Source: an uncultured Spirochaetota bacterium (lineage in GTDB: Bacteria > Spirochaetota > Spirochaetia > SZUA-6 > Fen-1364). Taken from it: 64,000 nucleotides of DNA. The position numbers were made by a program, and so were the translations under genes. Below, piece by piece: positions 11,372-20,686 of the stretch. Numbering within the stretch: the stretch's first letter is position 1; every line of letters begins with the position of its first letter. The notes below the pieces were generated by a model that did no database searches, was not told the origin of the DNA, and saw nothing but the letters and a program-made list of their open reading frames with translations. The DNA is taken from the NCBI GenBank assembly GCA_963745235.1, contig CAVUXE010000045.1:1-64000 (forward strand), given 5' to 3'.

Positions 11372-13039
11372 ATGCAGTTCACAGGCTCCTCTCTCCTGAT
11401 CGAGCTCCTGAAGAGGCAGGGCATACGGATTGTCGCCGGGATACCGGGAGGGGCAAACCTTCCCCTGTATGACGCGCTGGGGCAGAGCGATCTCCGTCAT
11501 ATCCTGGTCCGTCACGAGCAGGCCGGCGGCTTCCTGGCGCAGGGCATGGCGAGGTCAACGGGAAACGCGGCGGCATGTCTTGCCACCTCGGGTCCTGGCG
11601 CCGTGAACCTCCTCACCGCCATTGCCGACGCCAAGCTGGATTCCGTGCCGGTTGTCGCCGTAACGGGGCAGGTGCCTTCGGGGCTCATAGGGACGGACGC
11701 GTTCCAGGAGGTGGACACGTACGGGATGAGCATTCCGGTCACCAAGCACAACTTCCTTGTCCGTTCCGCGCCTGAGCTCCTGGAGGTGGTGCCGGAGGCT
11801 TTCCGCTTTGCGCTCTCGGGCCGGCAGGGCCCCGTCCTGATCGACATGCCGAAAGACGTTCAGCAGGCGCGCGTAGAAGTCGATTCGCTGCCGCAGCCGG
11901 GTGCGGCGGACTCCGGGCCGGATGCCGACGGAGCGGTGCTTGCCTCCATGGCGCGCCTGATTGCCTCTTCCGAGCGCCCCATCCTTTACGTCGGGGGCGG
12001 GGTGATTGCCTCCAACGCCGAAGAGGAAGTGCGCGCCCTCAGCGCGGCGTGCGGGATCCCCGTGGTCTGCACGCTCATGGGGCTGGGCATCATGGCCCCG
12101 GATGATCCGTTGTCTCTCGGCATGCTGGGCATGCACGGCAGCAGGGCGACCAACGTTGCCGTGGACCGCGCCGACCTCCTCATCGCTCTGGGAGTGCGGT
12201 TTGACGACCGCGCCACGGGCTCCGTGGCCGGGTTTGCCCCCCGGGCAAAGGTGATCCACCTGGACATCGATGAGGCTGAGATCGGCAAGATCAGGCGTCC
12301 CGAGATTTCAGCCGGGTGCGACATCAGGCGCGCCCTGCGGCGGCTGAACAGGATGGTCGCAAAGGCGGGCAGGGCCGGGTGGCGGGCGGAAATGGACGCG
12401 TTGCGCGCGGAGCATCCCTTCAGCGTTCCCGCGGGTGAGTCGCATCCGGGCCTCCTGGTGCAGAGGCTGGCGGCGCTGACGCCGGAGAACGCCATTGTGA
12501 CCGTTGACGTGGGGCAGCACCAGATGTGGGCGGCCCAATGGTGGCCGGTGCGGCGCACGCGCGCTTTCCTTACCTCCGGAGGGCTGGGGACCATGGGATT
12601 CTCCGTGCCCGCCGCCATGGGAGCGGCGCTTGCGAACCCCGGCACGCCGGTCATCGTGCTCACGGGAGATGGCTCGCTCCTCATCAATATCCAGGAGCTT
12701 GCGACAATCGCGGAGAACAACCTCGACATCAAGATCTGCGTATTCAACAACGGGCACCTGGGGCTGGTGCGGCAGCAGCAGGAGCTTTTCTACGGAAAGC
12801 GCTACGTCGCTTCCCGTTTCGAAGCGCGGCCGGACTTCGCGGCAATTGCCCGGGGTTTCGGGATACCCGGATGCGCCATCGGCATCCAGCACGATGAAGA
12901 GGCGCTTCGGCGCGCTCTTTCCATCAAGGGGCCGGCGCTCCTGGATATCGCGGTACCGGAGACGGAGAACGTCTATCCCATGGTCCCGCCCGGCAAGAGC
13001 AACGTGGAAGCGATCTGGTCGCACAGGAGCACAGGATGA
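11372..13039 (+). CDS. ilvB: Acetolactate synthase large subunit
   Basis: RHEQ, TSGPG, GTDAFQE, GMLGMHG, RFDDR and TPP motif GDGS...NN. Confidence 0.96.
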   Translation: MQFTGSSLLIELLKRQGIRIVAGIPGGANLPLYDALGQSDLRHILVRHEQAGGFLAQGMARSTGNAAACLATSGPGAVNLLTAIADAKLDSVPVVAVTGQVPSGLIGTDAFQEVDTYGMSIPVTKHNFLVRSAPELLEVVPEAFRFALSGRQGPVLIDMPKDVQQARVEVDSLPQPGAADSGPDADGAVLASMARLIASSERPILYVGGGVIASNAEEEVRALSAACGIPVVCTLMGLGIMAPDDPLSLGMLGMHGSRATNVAVDRADLLIALGVRFDDRATGSVAGFAPRAKVIHLDIDEAEIGKIRRPEISAGCDIRRALRRLNRMVAKAGRAGWRAEMDALRAEHPFSVPAGESHPGLLVQRLAALTPENAIVTVDVGQHQMWAAQWWPVRRTRAFLTSGGLGTMGFSVPAAMGAALANPGTPVIVLTGDGSLLINIQELATIAENNLDIKICVFNNGHLGLVRQQQELFYGKRYVASRFEARPDFAAIARGFGIPGCAIGIQHDEEALRRALSIKGPALLDIAVPETENVYPMVPPGKSNVEAIWSHRSTG

Positions 13040-13386
13040 ACCCTGAACACAGGAACGAGGGCGCAAACGGAGACGGCACGAACGGGGAGCAGACGAACGG
13101 GCTGCCCAACACCATCGTGAGGCTCATGGTCAGAAACCACCCGGGCGCCATGTCCCACATCACGGGACTCTTCTCCCGCCGGGGCTTCAACCTGGAGGGA
13201 ATCCTGTGCGCTCCCGTGGACGGCGGCGCGGACAGCGCCATGTACCTCGTGGTGAGAAACGATGAGAGGCTCGAGCAGATCGTCAAGCAGCTCAGGAAGC
13301 TCTACGACGTGAAATCAGTGGTCGTCCAGGATGACCTGGACCACACCGTCTTCAACAGGATAGAGGAGCTCCTAAGCGAGGCCTGA
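13036..13386 (+). CDS. ilvN: Acetolactate synthase small (ACT) subunit
   Basis: VRNHPGAMSHITGLFSRRGFNLEGI...QLRKLYDV; ATGA overlap with ilvB. Confidence 0.93.
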   Translation: MNPEHRNEGANGDGTNGEQTNGLPNTIVRLMVRNHPGAMSHITGLFSRRGFNLEGILCAPVDGGADSAMYLVVRNDERLEQIVKQLRKLYDVKSVVVQDDLDHTVFNRIEELLSEA

Positions 13387-13467
13387 TTTCCGACGCCCTT
13401 CGGGGGGCGCGGGCTGGCAAAGCCGGCCCCGCTGCGCTCCTTGTGATCAGCGAGATGTGCTAAGGTA

Positions 13468-14790
13468 ATGCGATGCATGACACTTTGTCGCCGCCGGAAA
13501 GACCACGGGGACAAAGCCGGTCCAGGTTCCGGAAGCTCGTGGATCACCCAGAGAGGGGTTGGCGGCGCCCGGGCAATCCTCTTCTGGGCTCTTGTCGGCC
13601 CCGGCGTGCTTGCGACGCTTGCAAACAATGACGCCGGGGGCATGATCTCCTACACCATGACCGGAGCGCGGTTCGGCATCGGACTGTTCATCCCGCTCAC
13701 CCTCTGCCTGGGAATCGCCACCTACACTACCCAGGAGCTCGTGATGCGGCTCTCCACGGTCACGCAGACGGGCCTTGCCCGCTTGATCCGCCTTCATTTC
13801 GGCCCGTCCTGGCTCATGTACCACATAATCTCTCTTTGCCTTGCAAACCTCCTGATGATGGTGACGGAGTTCATCGGGATGACCGCCGGGCTGATCATGC
13901 TGGGGCTCCCGTTCTGGGTCGCCACCGTCCTCAGTCTTCTCCTCGCGGTGTCCATCATCATTTTCACCGGATACTGGACCAGGGAGCGGATTGCGCTCCT
14001 GATAGGCGCCGTCAACATCGTCTTCATCGTAATTGCCGTCATGACGCGTCCGAGCGCGGCCGTCATCGGACACGCCTTTGTTTCCTGGAATCTCCCCGCA
14101 GACAGCGGGAACGTGTTCTGGTACGTGGCGGCGCTCATCGGCAATTCCGTTGCGCCTTTCGCCGTGTTCTTCCAGGGCAGCGGCAACGTCGACAAGGGAG
14201 TGATCGATAGACATATCCGACTGGGACGGATCGACACGCTCACGGGCTGCATCGTCGAGACGATTGTCGCCGCCTGCGCAATTGTCGCCGGCGCGGCGCT
14301 GTTCGGGCGCATCCCGGACCTCGAGAATGCGGGCCCAGCCGTCCTTATTGGCGGCTTCCTGAGGCATGCCGGGCGCTGGCCAGCAATCCTCTTCGGCCTT
14401 GGCATCTTCAATGCCGGCCTCCTGGCCTCATTCACGGTGTCGCTTTCCACCTCCTGGGCAGTGGCGGAATCTTTCGGCTGGGCCAGAAGTCTGGATGACA
14501 GGATCTCAGAAGCCCCGGGTTTCTACGCCATTTACATCGGCGGCGTGGTCTTTGCCGCCCTGATTGTCCTGGTTCCCAACCTCCCGTTGAACTTCATGGC
14601 CGTTGCGGCGCAGGTGGTGAGTGGCGCCCTGATGGCGCCCGTCCTCGTATTCCTGCTGCTCCTGACGAACAAGAGAGAATTGATGGGGAGGCACGCGAAC
14701 ACCCTGGCGGGGAACATCAGGGCAGGGACAGTGACCACCGTCCTTATCGGGATTGTTGCGCTCCTCCTGTGGAGCGCGCTCACTCGATAG
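13468..14790 (+). CDS. Nramp-related divalent metal (Mg2+-type) transporter, copy 1 (start uncertain)
   Basis: GPG...NNDAGG, QELVMRL, TEFIG and IGNSVAPF motifs; multi-TM. Confidence 0.85.
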   Translation: MRCMTLCRRRKDHGDKAGPGSGSSWITQRGVGGARAILFWALVGPGVLATLANNDAGGMISYTMTGARFGIGLFIPLTLCLGIATYTTQELVMRLSTVTQTGLARLIRLHFGPSWLMYHIISLCLANLLMMVTEFIGMTAGLIMLGLPFWVATVLSLLLAVSIIIFTGYWTRERIALLIGAVNIVFIVIAVMTRPSAAVIGHAFVSWNLPADSGNVFWYVAALIGNSVAPFAVFFQGSGNVDKGVIDRHIRLGRIDTLTGCIVETIVAACAIVAGAALFGRIPDLENAGPAVLIGGFLRHAGRWPAILFGLGIFNAGLLASFTVSLSTSWAVAESFGWARSLDDRISEAPGFYAIYIGGVVFAALIVLVPNLPLNFMAVAAQVVSGALMAPVLVFLLLLTNKRELMGRHANTLAGNIRAGTVTTVLIGIVALLLWSALTR

Positions 14791-14894
14791 TGCCACACCG
14801 GCGCCTCAGGATTCACCGGAGGAAAGTTTATCGGAAAATCAGCGCCGCGATGGTTGACCATGCCGAGCAAATGGATTATCTGAAAGACAACAAA

Positions 14895-15068
14895 CCTCGT
14901 TAGGCGAGGCGTCCGCGTGAGATACAGGCCGCTGCACCGAAACGTCGAAAGACGCCAAGGGGTAGACCAGGCAGGGTCGGATTAAGGCCCTGCTCAAAGT
15001 GGCTGGGAGACTTCCTGCAGGGAGAAGCCATCCCTACGACACGCGGTGCCAAAGCTGGACCAGGGAGG
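14895..15068 (+). ncRNA. M-box (ykoK) Mg2+ riboswitch
   Basis: CGTTAGGCGAGGC...CTGC...GTCGAAAGACGCCAAGGGGT...TAAGG...GTGCCAAAGCT matches my recollection of the ykoK consensus blocks; precedes Mg transport genes. Confidence 0.9.
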
Positions 15069-15075
15069 GCAGCGC

Positions 15076-16386
15076 ATGCAGGCAACAGCGACAACTCCGG
15101 CGCGCGTGAAGAACCGCATCAGTTTCACTTCCCGGCTCTATTACATCCTCCGTCGAGGGTGGAAATGGTTTGCGATATTCCTGACCGTGACCGGTCCGGG
15201 CGTGATCGTGATGATCGCGGACAACGATGCGGGCGGCATAACAACATATGCCGCCACGGGAGCCAGGTACGGGTACGGCCTCCTGTGGTTCCTGGTCATC
15301 CTGGGCCCCGTGGCCTACATCATCCAGGAAATGACCGTGAGGCTGGGCGCGGTCACCAAGAGGGGCCACGCGGAAGCTATTTTCGATGCATTCGGGCCGT
15401 TCTGGGGCTGGTTCTCCCTGACGGACTTGATCCTGACGGATTGGCTGACGCTGATCACGGAGTTCATCGGGATGACAGCGGCTCTCAGCATTTTTCACGT
15501 CCCGCCCCTCCTGACCGTCATTGTGGTCTCCATCATCATGCTTCTCATGGTGCTGCAGGGGCGCTACTGGACCTGGGAAAAGATCGCCTTCCTTTTCTGT
15601 CTCTTCAATCTTGTCTACATTCCCGGGGCCATCCTTGTCAGGCCGTCCGTCTCAGATATCATCCATTCCGGCGTCATCCCCAACTTCCCGGGCGGCTTCA
15701 ACAACGACATGTTCTTTTTCCTCATGGCGAACATCGGGACCACCATCGCTCCGTGGATGATCTTCTTCCAGCAGAGCTCCGTGGTGGACAAGAGCCTCAA
15801 GGAAAGGGACATCCCGTGGGGAAGGCTGGACACGGCCGTGGGGGCTTTTGCGACGGTGCTCGTGGCTGTCTTCATCATCATCACGACGGGGGCGGTGCTG
15901 AAGGGCACGGCGGTGGAGGACGCCGCACAGGCATCCATTGCCCTCATGGGAGTCAACCGCTGGATCGGCACGTTCCTTGCCATCGGGCTTTTCGATGCGG
16001 GCTTCCTCGGAGCAATCTGCATCTCCCTCGCCAGTTCCTGGGCGTTCGGGGAAGTCTTCGGCTGGGCCCATTCCCTCAACAACAAGATCAGGGAAGCCCC
16101 GTGGTTTTATGGAAGCTATCTTCTGCTGGTCGCTTCGGCAGGGACCGTGGTCCTCATTCCGGGGGCGCCCCTTGTGCTGATCACGCTCTTCGTGCAGGTC
16201 ATCGCGACGACCCTTCTGCCTGCGGCCATGGTCTTTCTCATTCTCCTGCTCAACGACAGGGAGAGAATGGGAGAGTTCGCCAATACCCGGGCGCAGAACG
16301 TTCTCTCCGTGACGGTCGTGGTCGTCATTGTAGCGCTCTCCACCATGTACGCGGTGACCGCCCTTTTCCCGAATCTGCTGAAGTAG
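15076..16386 (+). CDS. Nramp-related Mg2+ transporter, copy 2
   Basis: GPGVIVMIADNDAGG, QEMTVRLG and IGTTIAPWMIFFQQS; SD lies at the riboswitch 3' end. Confidence 0.92.
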   Translation: MQATATTPARVKNRISFTSRLYYILRRGWKWFAIFLTVTGPGVIVMIADNDAGGITTYAATGARYGYGLLWFLVILGPVAYIIQEMTVRLGAVTKRGHAEAIFDAFGPFWGWFSLTDLILTDWLTLITEFIGMTAALSIFHVPPLLTVIVVSIIMLLMVLQGRYWTWEKIAFLFCLFNLVYIPGAILVRPSVSDIIHSGVIPNFPGGFNNDMFFFLMANIGTTIAPWMIFFQQSSVVDKSLKERDIPWGRLDTAVGAFATVLVAVFIIITTGAVLKGTAVEDAAQASIALMGVNRWIGTFLAIGLFDAGFLGAICISLASSWAFGEVFGWAHSLNNKIREAPWFYGSYLLLVASAGTVVLIPGAPLVLITLFVQVIATTLLPAAMVFLILLLNDRERMGEFANTRAQNVLSVTVVVVIVALSTMYAVTALFPNLLK

Positions 16387-16397
16387 GAGGCGTCATC

Positions 16398-16607
16398 ATG
16401 GAAACAGGCAATCAGCGGCGCGGGCCCATCCGCGCGTTCTTTTTCAACAATTTCGAGCGGGTCAGGGCGATCAATCGAAAGTATGCCGGCCATCACGTCA
16501 CGATGACCCCGGCAGTGAAAGTCGCCCTCTTCATGCTGCGAATCTACCTGCTTGCCCTGGTGGGGATTTTGATCGCCAAGTTCTTCATGATCCTTTCCGG
16601 GAAATAG
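16398..16607 (+). CDS. Small single-TM membrane protein (69 aa) in the Mg operon
   Basis: AGGAGG-ATG; METGNQ...VALFMLRIYLLALVGILIAKFF; tightly packed between neighbours. Confidence 0.75.
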   Translation: METGNQRRGPIRAFFFNNFERVRAINRKYAGHHVTMTPAVKVALFMLRIYLLALVGILIAKFFMILSGK

Positions 16608-16617
16608 GAGGCATCCA

Positions 16618-17889
16618 ATGCCGGAGCCACGGGTTCAGACAAAGCCGCCGGAGTTCTTCTTCATTTCGCAGCTTCTCAGGGACAGGGTGCTGAGGGAGCG
16701 GGGCGACAAGCTGGAGGTGCTGGGAACCCTGATCGACCTGGAGATCCGCCTCGGGCAGCACTACCCGGAGGTGGTCAACCTCATTGTGGGTCGGTCCTTT
16801 GGAAGACCACCCCTTGAAATCCCCGTCCGTTATGTGCGGTCCATTGACGCCCGGAGAAGCGTCGTCAACATCCCGGACGGACTGTCCCTCAAGGAGTTCG
16901 ACGGCGAATCATCCCGGATCCTCGTCAAGGATATGGTCCTGGACAAGAAGATCATTGATACGGACGAGTACGAAGTGGAAATCGTCTATGACATCCACCT
17001 GCTGCGCGCCGACAGCCGCATGCTCGTGGTGCACGTTGACGTAACAAAAGCGGGGATGCTCAGGCGGCTCCGCCTGGGCTGGCTCGCCCGCCTGTTGTGG
17101 GGGAAAGCGAAAGAGGCGGAGCTTCTGCCCTGGAAGTACGTTCAGCCCCTGCCGACCGATATCGACCGGTTCCATGGAAACGTGAAGCTGAACATCTCCC
17201 GCGAAAAGATAGCGGATATTCACCCGGCGGATCTCGCGGACATCCTGGAAGAGCTCAACACGGATGAGCGGGTGGCCATCTTCGACACCCTGGATACCGA
17301 GACAGCGGCGGACACCCTGGAGGAGGCGGAGCCCCGGGTCCAGCGGGACCTGGTGGCGTCCCTCCGGCATGACCGGATTGCGGAGCTTCTGCAGACCATG
17401 ACTCCGGCGCAGATTGCAGACCTCCTTGAGATCCTCCCGCGCATCGACGCGGAAGCCCTGCGAAAAACCCTTCCCGCTGAGACTGCGTCCAAGGTCAACG
17501 ATCTGCTGCAGGTGCACGAGGTCAAGCTGGGCTCGATGGCGACAACCAACTTCCTCGCGCTGCCCGCGGATGCCTTTGTCAGGACCGCGTTCACCAGGTT
17601 CCGAAACAAGAAGGCCCGCTTCGATGTCATCATGTACGTCTACGTGACAGGGGAGGACGGGACGCTGAAAGGAGTCGTGGACATACGAGAGCTGATCCGC
17701 AGCAAATCGGACGAGCGCCTGGGCAGCATCATGACGGAGCAGGTGGTCACGCTCTCGCCCGACGACACACTTTCAGACGCCGCCAGCGAGTTCTCCAAGT
17801 ACGGTTTCCGGTCTCTTCCCCTGGTCGACAAGGACCGCAAGCTCCTGGGAGTTGTCTCCTACAAGGACCTGCTGGCCATGAGGCAGTAG
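16618..17889 (+). CDS. Soluble MgtE N-terminal domain + CBS-pair protein (no TM domain)
   Basis: IHPADLADILEEL, AADTLEE, YVYV...LKGVV and LPLVD...LLGVV; ends after the CBS pair. Confidence 0.88.
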   Translation: MPEPRVQTKPPEFFFISQLLRDRVLRERGDKLEVLGTLIDLEIRLGQHYPEVVNLIVGRSFGRPPLEIPVRYVRSIDARRSVVNIPDGLSLKEFDGESSRILVKDMVLDKKIIDTDEYEVEIVYDIHLLRADSRMLVVHVDVTKAGMLRRLRLGWLARLLWGKAKEAELLPWKYVQPLPTDIDRFHGNVKLNISREKIADIHPADLADILEELNTDERVAIFDTLDTETAADTLEEAEPRVQRDLVASLRHDRIAELLQTMTPAQIADLLEILPRIDAEALRKTLPAETASKVNDLLQVHEVKLGSMATTNFLALPADAFVRTAFTRFRNKKARFDVIMYVYVTGEDGTLKGVVDIRELIRSKSDERLGSIMTEQVVTLSPDDTLSDAASEFSKYGFRSLPLVDKDRKLLGVVSYKDLLAMRQ

Positions 17890-17892
17890 GGA

Positions 17893-18021
17893 CTGAATGA
17901 GACAATCACCGTCAGGCAGACCCATGCCCTGTGCGACGCACGAGAGTGTGACCTGAAGAGAGAGATATCGAATGCCGGCGTGCTGATCCGCGTTGAGCCG
18001 CGGCAAAGGGGGAGACTATGA
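17893..18021 (+). pseudogene. 3' remnant of a cation diffusion facilitator (C-terminal dimerisation domain)
   Basis: [37 protein letters not shown]...*; its TGA overlaps the next ATG. Confidence 0.55.
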
Positions 18022-18206
18022 GATCCTGCAGCATTGAATCGAACGCAGCATCCTGCAACTGCACGTACCCTTGCGCCAGGAAGGGCATTTGCTGCGAGTG
18101 CATTTCCTACCACCGCGGCGCCGGCGAGCTGCCCGCCTGTTATTTCTCCAAAGCGGCAGAGCGCAGTTACGATCGAACCGTGGAGAACTACGTCCGCACT
18201 CGTTAG
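18018..18206 (+). CDS. Small Cys-rich protein (DUF6485-like)
   Basis: [20 protein letters not shown]...LPACYF; GGGGGAG SD. Confidence 0.75.
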   Translation: MRSCSIESNAASCNCTYPCARKGICCECISYHRGAGELPACYFSKAAERSYDRTVENYVRTR

Positions 18207-18230
18207 GAGCCGGGCGGGCCGCGCCGGTAT

Positions 18231-18707
18231 TTACTGGGCGGTCCTCATGACGATGAGGACGGCGTTTCCCACCTTCTCGGTGGTAATGACGAAGGACTGA
18301 CGGGACGCCGCCCTGTGCGGATAGCTGATGGGTACCGCGCGCAGACCTTCACCCGTCAGCAGGGTGTGCTCCACCGATCTCTTGAGCCTGCACAGAAGGC
18401 AGGCAACGGTGTCTCCGCACCTCCCGAGGGTCCCCGCGTACATGCAGTCGAGTGCTTCTCCGACCCTCAGCCCGATGGTCTCGTTCTCCCGCATCATTCC
18501 CCGAAAGCGGCTGTTGGAGAAGAGAATGGTCTGGTTGTGGTCCACGAGGGCGGACGGCGCCTCCAGGGACTCGAGGTATTCAGAGAGGTTCCTGTCACGG
18601 GAGGAAAGGAGGGCGGTGAAGCACGGACCACAGGTCCTGGTCAGAAGACGAAGGTCGTCTTTCTGGTCCAGACTCTGCCTGCAACGATAGCAAACCGGCT
18701 GACTCAT
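18231..18707 (-). CDS. Hypothetical Cys-rich protein with PAS-like segment
   Basis: CxxC...CxxC N-terminus; ALVD...ILFSN; GEALDC...CG...CLLC. Confidence 0.6.
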   Translation of the reverse strand: MSQPVCYRCRQSLDQKDDLRLLTRTCGPCFTALLSSRDRNLSEYLESLEAPSALVDHNQTILFSNSRFRGMMRENETIGLRVGEALDCMYAGTLGRCGDTVACLLCRLKRSVEHTLLTGEGLRAVPISYPHRAASRQSFVITTEKVGNAVLIVMRTAQ

Positions 18708-18824
18708 CCCGCTGTTGGTCCTGCTGCAATGTACCAGCGTGCCCAGAAAATGGTCAAGATGAAACCGCTTCCGTGGACGGCGGCGCGGCCATTGGATACG
18801 TTTAAGCCGGACAAGGAGAACCGC

Positions 18825-19261
18825 ATGAGCTACTGGCTTGCCAAGAGCGATCCTGAGGCGTACGGGTGGTCGGATCTCGTCCGTGACGGGAAGACTACCT
18901 GGGACGGCGTACGCAACTACAAGGCGCGCAACTTCATCCGCTCAATGAAGCCGGGGACATTGCGCTGTTCTATCACTCGGGCAAGGAGAAGTCCGTGGTA
19001 GGCGCCATGAAAATCCTTTCGGAGCCCTACCGGGACAACACCGCGGAAGAAGAGATATGGTCCGCCGTGGATGTGGCCCCGGGATGGACGCTGAAGAATC
19101 CAGTCCCGCTGTCCCGCATCAAGAGCGAGCCATCGCTGCGCGGCATCCACCTGGTGCGCGAAGGGCGCCTGTCCGTCATGCCGCTCGAAAAGGAGGCGTT
19201 CCAGACCATCGTCTCCCTGGGCGGAGGAAGCACAGCACTGTCCGTAGACCGTCCCCGCTAG
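18825..19261 (+). CDS. EVE domain protein (frameshift ~18955)
   Basis: MSYWLAKSDP...WDGVRNYKARN; FYHSG; RLSVMPL. Confidence 0.88.
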
Positions 19262-19274
19262 GATATTAGTCCCC

Positions 19275-19532
19275 ATGGATACCTGCACGCATCTCGATCA
19301 GATCCGGGAGGTCACCCCGAGCGCCGAGGGGTGTGAAGACTGTCTGAAGATTGGCGACTCCTGGATGCATCTTCGCCTGTGCCTGACCTGCGGTCACGTT
19401 GGTTGCTGCGACTCTTCGAAGAACAAGCATGCGACGAAGCATTTCCATTCCACGGGCCACCCGATCGTCCAGTCCTACGAGCCAGGAGAGGACTGGAAGT
19501 GGTGCTACGTCGATGAGGTGGCACTCGAGTAG
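19275..19532 (+). CDS. UBP-type zinc finger protein
   Basis: CTHL...GCEDC...HLRLCLTCGHVGCCDSS...HATKHF...WCYVD. Confidence 0.92.
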   Translation: MDTCTHLDQIREVTPSAEGCEDCLKIGDSWMHLRLCLTCGHVGCCDSSKNKHATKHFHSTGHPIVQSYEPGEDWKWCYVDEVALE

Positions 19533-19544
19533 TGCGGGTGCGGG

Positions 19545-19743
19545 CTACTGGCGCATCCACAGCGCAGGCTTCATCACCATGAGAAACAGCACGAGGAGCG
19601 CGAGCACGCCCACCACCACGCCTTGTCGTGTACCCCCGCGCGCTGCCGCCCCATATGCCTGCGAACCCACCCCGTGAAGTGATGTTGGCGCCCACGGCGG
19701 TGATTGCCGCAACGACGTGCGTCCCTGAATATCGCGTCGTCAT
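19545..19743 (-). pseudogene. Internally deleted DUF2269-like membrane protein remnant
   Basis: N-terminal HVVAAITAVGANIT and C-terminal GVVVGVLALLVLFLMVMKP in different frames within 199 nt. Confidence 0.5.
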
Positions 19744-19753
19744 CTCCGGGGGG

Positions 19754-20629
19754 TCAAGCCGCCGCTTTGCCGCGTGGCGCTCTCCGCCGGGTTGCCAGGA
19801 CAGAGCCGGCCAGGACCAGGACGAAGCCGACTCCCATGCCGACGGTAAACGTCTCATGCAGGATGGTGATTCCAACCAGTGCAGCAACTGCCGGGTTGAT
19901 GTAGGTGATCACCGTGGCCCGAACGGGTCCGATTGACGCGATCAGCGCGAAAAAAAGCAGGAAGGCGATGGCTGTGCAGACAACGCCAAGCACCACGACA
20001 GAGACGATCACCGCTCCGCCAGGCATTTCCCGCGGCCAATGCATCGCGGCCAGCGGCGCGTAGACCACGGCGCACGCTGCCAGCGAAATGCCAGTGACGC
20101 TCACCGACGGAACGCCGTTCAGATACCGGCTCAGAATAGCGGGTCCGACCGCATAGCCAACGGCAACCAGCGCCATCTGGATGAGCGCGGTGGGGCCGGA
20201 TGCGTGGAAGTCCAGGCCCACGATGGCAGAGACCCCGACCAATCCCAGTGCCAGGCCGCCCAGGCCGAGCGGCCCAATGACCTCCCGGTTGCCGAAGAGG
20301 GGCGCGATGAGAATCCCGACCAGCGGCACGAAGGAGATCAGGAGCCCTGCCAGCGAGCTGGAGATCTGCTGCTCGGCGCTGGAGAGAAAGAACCACGGTC
20401 CGCCGATCTCCGCCGCGGCAAAAGCGAGCAGCGGGATCCATCTCATGCCGATTCCGCGAAGTCCTCCCTTCGCGATGACGATTGGCATCAGGATGAGCGC
20501 GCCAATGGCGGTGCGGCCGAAGACGAGCACGACCGGGGAGATCTCACCGACTGCGACGCGGATCAGAAAGTACGGGATCCCCCAGATGATGCACATTGCG
20601 GCGAACACGAGAGTGCTGTTGCGGCTCAT
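19754..20629 (-). CDS. EamA/DMT family transporter
   Basis: IIWGIPY and RATVITYINPAVA; about 10 TMs. Confidence 0.9.
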   Translation of the reverse strand: MSRNSTLVFAAMCIIWGIPYFLIRVAVGEISPVVLVFGRTAIGALILMPIVIAKGGLRGIGMRWIPLLAFAAAEIGGPWFFLSSAEQQISSSLAGLLISFVPLVGILIAPLFGNREVIGPLGLGGLALGLVGVSAIVGLDFHASGPTALIQMALVAVGYAVGPAILSRYLNGVPSVSVTGISLAACAVVYAPLAAMHWPREMPGGAVIVSVVVLGVVCTAIAFLLFFALIASIGPVRATVITYINPAVAALVGITILHETFTVGMGVGFVLVLAGSVLATRRRAPRGKAAA

Positions 20630-20686
20630 CCCCCGTGTATATCAGACCCCGGGCCCTTTGTCTTGCGTATCCGTTATATTTGGAGG

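Noticed and set aside
13040-13110. Asn/Gly-rich repetitive IlvN N-terminus
   Set aside because: Short low-complexity extension with no evident function.
13393-13430. Two small GC hairpins after ilvN
   Set aside because: No U-tract; such stems are expected by chance at this GC content.
15159-16397. 482-aa ORF overlapping Nramp copy 2
   Set aside because: Shadow frame; only the last 69 codons have an SD and protein-like composition.
18825-19532. EVE plus zf-UBP as a defence system
   Set aside because: Both are common standalone small genes, and no nuclease or effector is adjacent.
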